Source: Pseudomonadota bacterium (GTDB lineage: Bacteria > Pseudomonadota > Alphaproteobacteria > Sphingomonadales > Sphingomonadaceae). Taken from it: a stretch of 64,000 nucleotides of DNA. The notes under the pieces are model-generated. The model worked only from the letters and a program-made list of their open reading frames with translations. It did not search any database and had not been told where the DNA came from. Below, piece by piece: positions 18,214 through 27,100 of this stretch. The position numbers and the translations under genes were made by a program. Position 1 is the stretch's first letter; every line of letters starts with the position of its first letter. The stretch covers positions 73,694 through 137,693 of the forward strand of contig JAIUPN010000009.1 of the NCBI GenBank assembly GCA_020160755.1, read 5' to 3'.

Positions 18214-19076
18214 CCGCGCACCAGCTGATCGCCCGACCCGTATTCCCTGCCGAGACGCTCGAACGGATGGCGGCGCTCTATCCGGCGCAGGCGGGGCTGC
18301 TCCACCATCATCTGCCCGATCACCCGCTGCTTTCGATCGAGGCACTCGCACAGCTCGGCGAAAGCCTGCCCGCCAGCGAGGTCGAATATAATCCGGGTAA
18401 CGTCCCCATCGGCATCCGCCCCGAAGAGATCCCCTCGAACGGGCTGTCGATCGGCGAGACGATCCGCACCATCGACACCAACGGCAGCTGGGCGGTGCTC
18501 AAAAATATCGAGAATGTGGACGCCTATCGCACGCTGCTGATGGACCTGCTCGGCGAACTGGAACCCGTCGTGACGCCGCGCACCGGCGCGATGCTGACGC
18601 CGCAGGGCTTTATTTTCATCTCGTCGCCCGGATCGATCACACCCTTTCATTTCGATCCCGAGCACAACATCCTGCTGCAACTGCGCGGGACGAAGGTGAT
18701 GAATGTGTGGCCTGCGGGCGACGAGCGCTTCGCCGACCGGCGCGAGCATGAGCGTTATCATGCGGGCGGTCACCGCAACCTGCCCTGGCAGGACACCTAT
18801 CGCGGCGATGCGCAGCAGGTGCCGCTTGGCCCCGGCGATGCGGTGCTGATGCCGGTGATGGCGCCGCATTTCGTCGCCAACGGCGATGCGCCTTCGATTT
18901 CGCTGTCGATCACCTGGCGCAGCGAATGGAGCTATCGCGAGTCCGAGGCGCATGCCGCCAATGCGGCGCTGCGGCGCATGGGTCTTGACCCTTCCATGCC
19001 GCCGCGCTGGCCAAGCTATGCGTGGTTCCGGTCGGTGGGCTGGCGCGTTGCGCGCAAGCTCAAACTCGTGTCGTAA
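18210..19076 (+). CDS. JmjC/cupin-type Fe(II)/2-oxoglutarate oxygenase-like protein
   Basis: ATG 18210 (ATGA overlap with the GNAT stop). HxD in TPFHFDPEH, a Lys 15 residues after the first His (LQLRGTKVM), and a distal His in MPVMAPHFV. Confidence 0.6.
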   Translation: MTAHQLIARPVFPAETLERMAALYPAQAGLLHHHLPDHPLLSIEALAQLGESLPASEVEYNPGNVPIGIRPEEIPSNGLSIGETIRTIDTNGSWAVLKNIENVDAYRTLLMDLLGELEPVVTPRTGAMLTPQGFIFISSPGSITPFHFDPEHNILLQLRGTKVMNVWPAGDERFADRREHERYHAGGHRNLPWQDTYRGDAQQVPLGPGDAVLMPVMAPHFVANGDAPSISLSITWRSEWSYRESEAHAANAALRRMGLDPSMPPRWPSYAWFRSVGWRVARKLKLVS

Positions 19077-19098
19077 ATTGCCTGTTACAGATTGCTTT

Positions 19099-19114
19099 CA
19101 ATTGGCGCCAATTG
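19099..19114. promoter_or_regulatory. perfect 16-bp palindrome CAATTGGCGCCAATTG upstream of infA
   Basis: Read directly from the sequence. It lies 47-62 nt upstream of the infA ATG and 23 nt after the stop of the oxygenase-like gene. Confidence 0.25.
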
Positions 19115-19160
19115 CGGTTATGGGCGCGCATCCTTGTATTTTCGAGCCCATAGAGGACTG

Positions 19161-19379
19161 ATGGCGAAAGAAGAACTTCTGGAAATGCGCGGCCAGGTGG
19201 TCGAACTGCTGCCTAACGCGATGTTTCGCGTCAAACTGGAAAACGACCACGAGATTCTCGGCCACACGGCCGGCAAGATGCGCAAGAACCGCATCCGTGT
19301 GCTCGTCGGCGACGAAGTGCTCGTCGAGCTCACGCCTTATGACCTGACCAAGGGTCGGATCACCTATCGCTTCAAGTGA
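19161..19379 (+). CDS. infA: translation initiation factor IF-1
   Basis: [72 protein letters not shown], 72 aa. The ORF-track N-terminal extension was trimmed. Confidence 0.97.
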   Translation: MAKEELLEMRGQVVELLPNAMFRVKLENDHEILGHTAGKMRKNRIRVLVGDEVLVELTPYDLTKGRITYRFK

Positions 19380-19966
19380 GCGGCGCGGCGACATCCCCCG
19401 CGCTGGTATTGGCATCGACCTCGCCGCGCCGGCGTGAATTGCTGGCGCGGATCGGGCTTGTGCCGACCCGCATCGCGGCCCCTGAAATCGACGAAACGCC
19501 GCTGAAGGGCGAGCTTCCTCGCGACTATGTCACTCGGCTCGCCCAGGGCAAGGCGCTTGCCGTCGAGCGTGCGCCCGACGAGGTCGTGCTCGCAGGCGAC
19601 ACGACGGTGGCCGTTGGACGCCGCATTCTCGAAAAACCCGCAGACGAAGCCGACCTACGCCGGATGCTTGGCCTGCTTTCGGGGCGGCGGCACCATGTCT
19701 ATTCGGGGATTTGCGTCGTCGGTACCGACGGCAAGGCGCGCGTGCGCGTCGTCGATACGATCGTCGCGTTCAAGGTGCTGAGCGCCGCCGAGATCGACTG
19801 GTATGTCGAAAGCGGCGAGGGGATGGGCAAGGCGGGCGGCTATGCCATCCAGGGCCGCGCCGAAACCTTTGTCCGTTTCCTGTCGGGCAGCCATTCGAAT
19901 GTTGTCGGGCTGCCGCTGTTCGAAACGCGGGGGCTGCTCTCGAGCGCCGGAATCGCGCTTGGCTGA
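19376..19966 (+). CDS. maf: Maf-like nucleoside triphosphate pyrophosphatase
   Basis: GTG 19376 (GTGA overlap with the infA stop). Contains [28 protein letters not shown] and GGYAIQG. Confidence 0.9.
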   Translation: MSGAATSPALVLASTSPRRRELLARIGLVPTRIAAPEIDETPLKGELPRDYVTRLAQGKALAVERAPDEVVLAGDTTVAVGRRILEKPADEADLRRMLGLLSGRRHHVYSGICVVGTDGKARVRVVDTIVAFKVLSAAEIDWYVESGEGMGKAGGYAIQGRAETFVRFLSGSHSNVVGLPLFETRGLLSSAGIALG

Positions 19967-20951
19967 GTGGCTATACGAAGCCGGAATCGGCGAGGCGCGG
20001 GCCGCGCTGGTCGAAGGCTGTGAGATTGTCGAAGCGCGAATCGAACGCGAGGGCGAAGGACCGCGCCCCGGCGCCATCCTCCATGCCCGGCTCGTTGAGG
20101 CCGGGCGCGGTGGCAGGGGGGCGCTGGTTGCGCTCGACTGCCCCGGCGCGCCGCAAGCGACTGTTACCGAAATCCCGAAAGCAACGTCCATCGGTGCATC
20201 GCTGCTGGTCGAGATCACGCGCATGGCGCTGCGCGAGCGTGCCCGCGACAAACCCGCCCGCGCGCGCCTCGCCGAGCCCGGGGCAGTCGTCACCGTTGGC
20301 CCTGACCTGCGTGCGCGCATTGCCGCCACGGGCATGGCCGTCGTCGACGTGCGGCCGACCGATTCCGACCGTCTCGAACAGGCGGGTTGGAGCGAATTGA
20401 TCGATTGCGTTCGCACCGGGCACTGGCCGTTCGCGGGCGGGGCGTTGTGGGTCGATGCGACCCCCGCGATGGTGCTGATCGACATCGACGGCGAGGGTGA
20501 TGCGTTGACGCTGGCAAAGGCCGGCGCAAAGGCTGCCGCGGCGGTGATCCGCCGCTGCGATATCGGCGGATCGATCGCGATCGATTTCCCTTCGCTGCCC
20601 GATCGGGCGGGGCGGCAGGCGGTCGATGCCGCGGTCGACGTCGCGTTGGCCGGACCGTTCGAGCGCACCGCGATCAACGGCTTTGGGCTGATGCAGATCA
20701 TCCGCCGCCGCGAACGTCCTTCGCTGATCGAGCAGATCCGTCTCGATCCCGTCGCGACCGACGCGGCGCTGCTGCTGCGCCAGGCGGAACGCGCGGTCGG
20801 CACGGGCGTATTGACGCTGACCGCGCGGGGCGGTGTGATCGACCATATCGCAGGGCATCCCGACTGGGTAGAGGCGCTCCAAAATCGTACCGGCCGCGCG
20901 GTTCGCCTTGTTGCCGATCCGGCCATCAAAGGAGCAGGCCATGCCCAGTAA
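19959..20951 (+). CDS. short ribonuclease E/G-family protein
   Basis: The first plausible in-frame start is TTG 19959 ([17 protein letters not shown]...), overlapping maf by 8 nt. RNase_E_G-like core AMVLIDIDGEGD...GGSIAIDFPSL. The start codon is uncertain. Confidence 0.6.
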   Translation: MAEWLYEAGIGEARAALVEGCEIVEARIEREGEGPRPGAILHARLVEAGRGGRGALVALDCPGAPQATVTEIPKATSIGASLLVEITRMALRERARDKPARARLAEPGAVVTVGPDLRARIAATGMAVVDVRPTDSDRLEQAGWSELIDCVRTGHWPFAGGALWVDATPAMVLIDIDGEGDALTLAKAGAKAAAAVIRRCDIGGSIAIDFPSLPDRAGRQAVDAAVDVALAGPFERTAINGFGLMQIIRRRERPSLIEQIRLDPVATDAALLLRQAERAVGTGVLTLTARGGVIDHIAGHPDWVEALQNRTGRAVRLVADPAIKGAGHAQ

Positions 20952-21123
20952 ATCGCCGCGCTGCCCGCTCTGCGGCAACCCGCGCGTCCCCGAGTTCAAG
21001 CCCTTTTGCAGCCGCGGCTGCCGCGATCGCGACCTTTTGACCTGGTTCGGCGAGGGCTATCGCGTGCCCGTCGATCAGGCGCCTGACGGCACCGCGGACG
21101 AGGATCGTTTCGACGACGGATGA
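20941..21123 (+). CDS. yacG: DNA gyrase inhibitor YacG (zinc finger)
   Basis: ATG 20941 with AAAGGAG upstream. MPSKSPRCPLCGNPRVPEFKPFCSRGCRDRDLLTWFGEGYRVP (CxxC...CxxxC). Confidence 0.85.
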   Translation: MPSKSPRCPLCGNPRVPEFKPFCSRGCRDRDLLTWFGEGYRVPVDQAPDGTADEDRFDDG

Positions 21124-21151
21124 TGTCCGGAAAAAGGGCGAAGAAAGGTGC

Positions 21152-21180
21152 TGGACAGGACGCAAAGCCCTGCCTATAGC
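21152..21180 (+). promoter_or_regulatory. sigma70-like promoter for tRNA-Phe (TGGACA-N17-TATAGC)
   Basis: Hexamers read at 21152-21157 and 21175-21180 with a 17-nt spacer, about 40 nt upstream of the tRNA 5' end. Confidence 0.4.
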
Positions 21181-21219
21181 CGCCGCTCGCCAGCGCGGCC
21201 GACCGGCCGCCACGGTTTG

Positions 21220-21295
21220 CCTGGGTAGCTCAGTTGGTAGAGCATGCGACTGAAAATCGCAGTGTCGGCGGTTCGATCCCGTCCCCAGGCACCAC
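21220..21295 (+). tRNA. tRNA-Phe (anticodon GAA)
   Basis: GCCTGGGTAGCTCAGTTGGTAGAGCATGCGACTGAAAATCGCAGTGTCGGCGGTTCGATCCCGTCCCCAGGCACCA. The 7-bp acceptor stem GCCTGGG/CCCAGGC pairs, the anticodon loop is CTGAAAA, the T-loop is TTCGATC, and CCA is encoded. Confidence 0.95.
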
Positions 21296-21515
21296 CTTCC
21301 TCACAGTTTGATTTGGTCTTTTTCGTGACGGGCCTGTTGCGCCTGCCGTAACGTAAACTGTTGCTTTTGTGCCACAAATCGACAGAAAAGCCGGGTGTTT
21401 GCGCGTGCGCGCGTTGACGCGGCGGGGCGGTGCGTTAGACCCGTCATTTACTGCCGGGCATCTCCCGATAAGCCTTTGGCTGCGTCTCGGCGGTTTTGGA
21501 GAGAGAGACATCATC

Positions 21516-24068
21516 ATGACTTTGCGCAACATCCTGTTGGGCGCCACCATGCTGTGCGCCGCCACCACCCCCGCTTTTGCCCAGGATACCGCCGCACCGG
21601 CCGACAGTGCTTCGACCGGCGACGTGACCGATTATGGCAACGACATCATCGTCACCGCCAGCAAGCGTTCGCAGACGCTGCAGGATACCCCCGTCGCGGT
21701 TTCGGTCACCTCGGCTGCCGCGCTCGAAGAATCGCAGATCCGCGACCTCATCGACCTCCAGTCGTCGGTCCCCAGCCTGCGCGTGTCGCAGCTCCAGTCG
21801 AGCGCGAACACCAACTTCATCATCCGCGGCTTCGGCAACGGCGCGAACAACGCCGGGATCGAACCGTCGGTCGGCGTGTTCATCGACGGCGTCTATCGCT
21901 CGCGCTCGGCCGCCCAGATCGGCGACCTTCCGAACGTCGAACGCATCGAAGTGCTGCGCGGCCCGCAGTCGACTTTGTTTGGCAAGAACGCCTCGGCGGG
22001 CGTCATCAGCATCGTCACGCAAAAGCCGCAGTATGAATTCGGCGGCTCGGCCGAAGTCACCTATGGCAATTACAATGCGATCACCGTCAAGGGCGATGTC
22101 ACCGGTCCGATCAGCGACACCGTCGCCTTCTCGATCGGCGGCAGCTACAACCGCCGCGACGGTTATGCGCAGGACCTGAAGCTCGACACCGACGTCAACG
22201 ACCGCAACCGTTGGGGCGTCCGCGGCCAGCTTCTGTTCGAACCGACCGACGCGTTGTCGATCCGCCTGATCGGCGACTATGACAAGATCGACGAAAATTG
22301 CTGCATCGCGGGCAATGTCATCGCCGGCCCGACGGTCGCGATTACCGATTTCCTCGCTGGCGGGCCCAGCGTCGACCGCAACAATCCCTTCTCCTACGAC
22401 GTCTACAACAACTTCCTGTCGTCGAACGAGATCGAGAATTACGGCGGTTCGGCGCAGATCGACTATGATCTCGGCAATCTCGCGCTGACCTCGATCACCG
22501 CGTACCGCAAGGTACAGGCCGACACGAACCAGGATTCGGACTTCACCGCGGCCGACTTGATCGGCGAGAAGAGCGACAATGTCGGCATCGACACCTTCAC
22601 GCAGGAAATTCGCCTGACGTCGGACTTCGACGGTCCGCTCAACTTCCTGATCGGCGGTTATTATTTCAACGAAAAGGTCGACCAGCAGAGTGCGATCAAG
22701 TTCGGCCAGCACTTCCGCCCCTATGGCGACGCGCTGATCCGGGCGGCGAGCGGCAACGCGCTCAACGTCGGAATGCTCGAAACGACGCTCGGCACGTTTG
22801 AGGGCAATCCGGCAAAATATGCCGGTACCTTCTTCAAGGCCGGCACCGGACTCGACGAAGATTATCAGATGAAGAACGAGGCCTTCTCGATCTTCGGCAC
22901 GGTCGATTTCGAAGTCACCGATCGCCTGACGCTGACCCTCGGCGGCAACTACACCAAGGACCGCAAGCGCTTCTCGACCAACGTGGTCAGCAGCGACGTG
23001 TTCTCGGGCATCAACCTCGACGCGGCCGCCTATACGCCGTTCCGTCAGGCGCTGCTCGTCGGTCAGGGCGTGCCGCCTGCACAGGCCGCGGTCCTCGCAG
23101 CGAACCCGACGATGACGCTCCCCGACGGTCGCAGCGCGAACCCGCTGGCCGGGCTGAAGGCGTTCCAGTTCCTGCCGCCCTTCCTCAACCTTCCGAATGC
23201 GGTCGAAAGCGGCAAGACCAACGACGGCGACTTCTCGTACAGCGTGCGCGCTGCCTATGAGCTCACCGACACGGTCAATATCTATGCGACCTATGCGACG
23301 GGCTTCAAGGCGAGCTCGGTCAACCTGTCGCGCGACAGCCGCCCGCTGGCTTCGGACCTCGCGGCGATCACCGCCGCTGGCTTGCGCACCCCGAACCTCG
23401 TCGCGGGTTCGCGTTTCGCGAACCCCGAAGAATCGACCGTCTACGAGTTCGGCCTGAAGGGCCAGTGGGACGTCGCGGCGGTGAACGTCGCGGTGTTCAA
23501 GCAGTCGATCAAGGGCTTCCAGTCGAACGTCTTCACCGGCACCGGCTTCGCGCTGGCGAACGCCGGCAAGCAGTCGACCTTCGGGATCGAGTTCGACGGC
23601 TCGGTGCGCCCGGTCGCAGGCCTCAACCTGACGCTGGCGGCGACCTACCTCGACGCCAAGTACGACAGCTTCGTCAATTCGGCGTTCGGCGACATCTCGG
23701 GCAGCACGCCCGCGGGCATCCCCGAACTGTCGCTGTCGCTTGGCGGCACCTATACGCATGAGTTCGCAGGCGGGACGAAAGCGATCGCGCACGTCGACTA
23801 CAGCTATGAAAGCCCGGTCCAGATCGTCGAAGGCCTGTCGGGTTTCCCGGCGAGCGTCGCGCAGAATCTGAAGCGTGAAGTCAATTCGCTCAACGCGTCG
23901 TTTACGATCCGCCTGACCAACGGCATCGACGTCGGCGTGTGGGGCCGCAACCTCACCAATGCGCAGTACCTCACGACGATCTTCCCGGCCGTCGCACAGG
24001 CGGGCAGCGTCTCGGGCTATCCGAGCCAGCCGCGCACCTATGGCGGCACCATCCGCTACAAATTCTGA
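21516..24068 (+). CDS. TonB-dependent receptor
   Basis: ATG 21516. Signal peptide MTLRNILLGATMLCAATTPAFAQ, TonB-box/plug region DIIVTASKRSQTLQDTPVAVSV, and a terminal ...TIRYKF. Confidence 0.9.
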   Translation: MTLRNILLGATMLCAATTPAFAQDTAAPADSASTGDVTDYGNDIIVTASKRSQTLQDTPVAVSVTSAAALEESQIRDLIDLQSSVPSLRVSQLQSSANTNFIIRGFGNGANNAGIEPSVGVFIDGVYRSRSAAQIGDLPNVERIEVLRGPQSTLFGKNASAGVISIVTQKPQYEFGGSAEVTYGNYNAITVKGDVTGPISDTVAFSIGGSYNRRDGYAQDLKLDTDVNDRNRWGVRGQLLFEPTDALSIRLIGDYDKIDENCCIAGNVIAGPTVAITDFLAGGPSVDRNNPFSYDVYNNFLSSNEIENYGGSAQIDYDLGNLALTSITAYRKVQADTNQDSDFTAADLIGEKSDNVGIDTFTQEIRLTSDFDGPLNFLIGGYYFNEKVDQQSAIKFGQHFRPYGDALIRAASGNALNVGMLETTLGTFEGNPAKYAGTFFKAGTGLDEDYQMKNEAFSIFGTVDFEVTDRLTLTLGGNYTKDRKRFSTNVVSSDVFSGINLDAAAYTPFRQALLVGQGVPPAQAAVLAANPTMTLPDGRSANPLAGLKAFQFLPPFLNLPNAVESGKTNDGDFSYSVRAAYELTDTVNIYATYATGFKASSVNLSRDSRPLASDLAAITAAGLRTPNLVAGSRFANPEESTVYEFGLKGQWDVAAVNVAVFKQSIKGFQSNVFTGTGFALANAGKQSTFGIEFDGSVRPVAGLNLTLAATYLDAKYDSFVNSAFGDISGSTPAGIPELSLSLGGTYTHEFAGGTKAIAHVDYSYESPVQIVEGLSGFPASVAQNLKREVNSLNASFTIRLTNGIDVGVWGRNLTNAQYLTTIFPAVAQAGSVSGYPSQPRTYGGTIRYKF

Positions 24069-24112
24069 TCGAGGTGGCCGGGGCGCTCGCTCCGGCCACT
24101 CCGACAGCGGAC

Positions 24113-24158
24113 AAAAAGAAACCCCGGCCTCTCCTGTCGAGAGGCCGGGGCTTTTTTG
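24113..24158. terminator. bidirectional intrinsic terminator between convergent receptor genes
   Basis: Perfect 12-bp stem CCCCGGCCTCTC/GAGAGGCCGGGG (24122-24133 / 24139-24150) with a 5-nt loop. Flanked by AAAAAGAAA on the left and CTTTTTTG on the right. Confidence 0.8.
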
Positions 24159-24179
24159 TCGGCGTTTGCCGCCGTCGGT

Positions 24180-27100
24180 TTAGAACTTCACGCCCGCCGC
24201 GATGCCGTAGCGGCGCGGTTCGAGGGTGAAGATGTTGGTGTAGTTACCCGACGACTGGTCGGTGATGTAGAGGCCCGTGACGCTGTTGGCGTCGAAGACA
24301 TTCTGGATGAAGCCTTTGACATACCATTTGTCGTCGGCGCCGTTCAGCTGGATCTGGGCATTGACCTGCGCATAGCCCTTGATGCGGTTGACGTTGCCGT
24401 TGAAGATGCTGCCATAGCTTTCACCGGTATAGGCCATGTCGACGCGCGGGACGAGCGTCATGTCGCCCATACGTGCCGTATATTGCACGCCTGCGCTGAA
24501 CTTGTAGTTCGGCGCCTGCGGCAGCTGGTTGCCCTTGATATTGACCGGAACCCCGGCGGAGAAATATTCGACCCCGCCAAAAGTTGTCGGGTTGAGTCCG
24601 AGCGGCGAGAAGGCGCCCGCGGCGGCCGCGCTGAGCACGTCGCAGATCCCGAATGCACCCGTCGAGGCGATGCCGCCGTCCGCAGGGAAGGTGGTCGTGC
24701 CCTGCAGGTTGGCGCCGGGTTGAATGCCCGGAATGACCCGTGTGGTAACCGCCGGATCGGGATTGATGTCCGGGTTGGTGTTGATCAGGTTGTTCACCTG
24801 ATTCACAAATGCGTTGATGCCCGCCACATTGCCGGTCCGCGAGGCCACGGCGCAGTTTGCGGCGTTGGTGATGTCCTTGATGATCACCGCATCGCTGCGG
24901 CCGCCACCAAAGTCGCGCGGGTTGCTGGTAAATTTGTCGTCCGACACCTTGCTGTGCAGGTAGCTGAAGCCGAGGTTGACGACCACATCGGGGTCCGGCC
25001 GGACAATGGCTTCGGCCTCGAAGCCATAGATGTCGGCGCTGACATTGTCGTTGACTGCGGTACGGGCGACGATTTTGCTGAGCTGCAGGTCCTTATATTT
25101 ATAGTAGAAGGCCGTCAGGTTCAGCTGCAGCGCGCCACCGCCAAAGGTGTTCTTCGACCCGATTTCGAACGCATCGACCTGTTCGGGCTTGAACGATTCG
25201 GGCACGGCGAAAATCGGCTGCAGCGGCGGGTTGATGCCGCCCGACTTATAGCCGCGCGAATAGGAGGCATAGAGCAGATTGTCGTCGGTCACCTTGAAAT
25301 CGATCACGAAGCGGCCGGTGAGTTTGTTGAACTTCACCTTGCGTGCCTGAATGATCTGGTTGCCCGGCGTGCCTGGGTCGGCATCGAACGACCCGACGAA
25401 GGGCGAACCGAAGACGGTGTCGGTCGTCCCGCCGTGCGGCGCCAGGAAGCTGGCCAGCGTCGACCGGGCGGTCACGCTCTTCTTGTCGTTGTTGTAACGC
25501 AGGCCCGCGGTCAGCTTCAGCCGATCGCTGACTTCGAAATAGGCCTCACCGAACAGGCCATAGGATTTGATCTTCAGATCATCGGTGTTGTTCCGGAAGA
25601 AGGGCGTGGCCAGGAACGACGGCGGCAGCGGACCGCTCGCGTTGGTCGCCGCGGTGAACGCGCCCAGTACCCCGGTCAGATAGTCGATCGGGAAGGCGTT
25701 CACATAATAGCTGTTCTCGGTCAGATGATAATCGGCATAGATGCCGCCGACGAGGAAGTTGAACGGCCCGTCGAGGTCGCTCGACAGGATGCTTTCGACC
25801 GACCAGCTGCTGTTATACTGGTTCGACCGGTCGAACTGCAGCGACTGGTCGCTACAGATCTTGTTGCCCCCGAAGCTGCCATAGCCGCTTTCTTCGGCGA
25901 GCGACGTGCAAAGCTGGCCGGTCGGCCCGTTGGGAATGATCGCCGCAGCGACGGGCCGGAAATAGGGCGTGAACGCGGCGCCCAGCGCGCCGTTTGCGGC
26001 CGCCTGCAACGTCGCGAGGCCGCCCGCGTAGAGCGCGCGGTTGCCGATATTGCTGTTATAGTCCTGCGAGGCGTCGAGCTTGACCTTCTGATACTGGCCC
26101 GACACCTGCAGCGACACGGGGCCGAAATTATGCTCGATCTGGCCCTGCAGCGTCAGTTCGCTGGTGAAGTAGCTTGGGGTATAGGCGGTGTTCACTTCGC
26201 GCGGGTCCGACGGGATCGTCGTGTTGGCATAGACATCGGGGCCATAAAGGCTGCCGAGTGCAAAGGCCTGCGGAATGCCGCGGATCGCAAGGAATTCGCG
26301 CGAGGTCAGCGCGGCGGTGAAGGTCGCATTGCCGTTGAAGGGCGAATTGTCGAGGCGGCTGTTCAGACAGCCGAGGATACCGGTCGGGTCGCGCTGGCAA
26401 AGCTGTTTCTGAATGCGCGTGCGCTGGTCCTTTTCACGGAAATAGGACGCGAGCAGGTCGATCGTGGTATCGTCGCTCGGTTCCCAGCGGAACGAGCCGC
26501 GGACCGAATAGAGATCGCGGTCGTCGATGCGCGTGTCGAGAAAGCTGTTCTTCGTATAGCCGTCGCGGTTCAGATAGATGCCCGCAACGCGGAAGGCCAT
26601 GGTGTCGCCGAGCGGGATGTTGACCATCGCCTTGCCCTTCATGGAATCATAATTTCCATATTCGGCTTCGACGGCCGCCTCGAACGTCCCGAGCTTCGGT
26701 TTCGCGGTGATCACGTTGACCACGCCCGAGGTCGCGTTGCGCCCGAACAGGGTGCCCTGCGGTCCGCGAAGGACTTCGATGCGTTCGAGGTCATAGAATT
26801 CGGTTTCGAACAGGCGGGTCGAAAACAGCGGATCGCCGTTCAGGTGGATCGCGGTCGCGCTGTCGCAGGTCGTGCCGACGCAAAGGTCGCCGATGCCGCG
26901 GATCGTGAAGCTTGCGCCGGTGAAGTTGGTCTTGGTGAAGGTGACGTTGGGCAGGGTCAGCTGAAGATCCGACGGGGTCTTGATCTGCTGGGCTTCGAGC
27001 GCCTCGGTCGAGAAGGCGCTGACCGCGATCGGCACGTCCTGCAGGCGTTCCGACTGACGCTGCGCCGTGACGACGATCTCGCCGCCGAAAGCATCGCGTT

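Noticed and set aside
19092-19160. A 23-aa N-terminal extension of infA ([23 protein letters not shown]).
   Set aside because: IF-1 is universally about 72 aa and starts at MAKEE. The extension covers the promoter region.
21444-23792. Long antisense ORFs opposite real genes. Examples are 21444..23792 (782 aa), 14973..16904 (643 aa), 57890..59881 (663 aa), 9043..10212 and 12363..13622.
   Set aside because: These are the same high-GC shadow-frame artefact, with Arg/Ala/Asp/Gly-rich nonsense translations. Each overlaps a confidently identified gene on the other strand.
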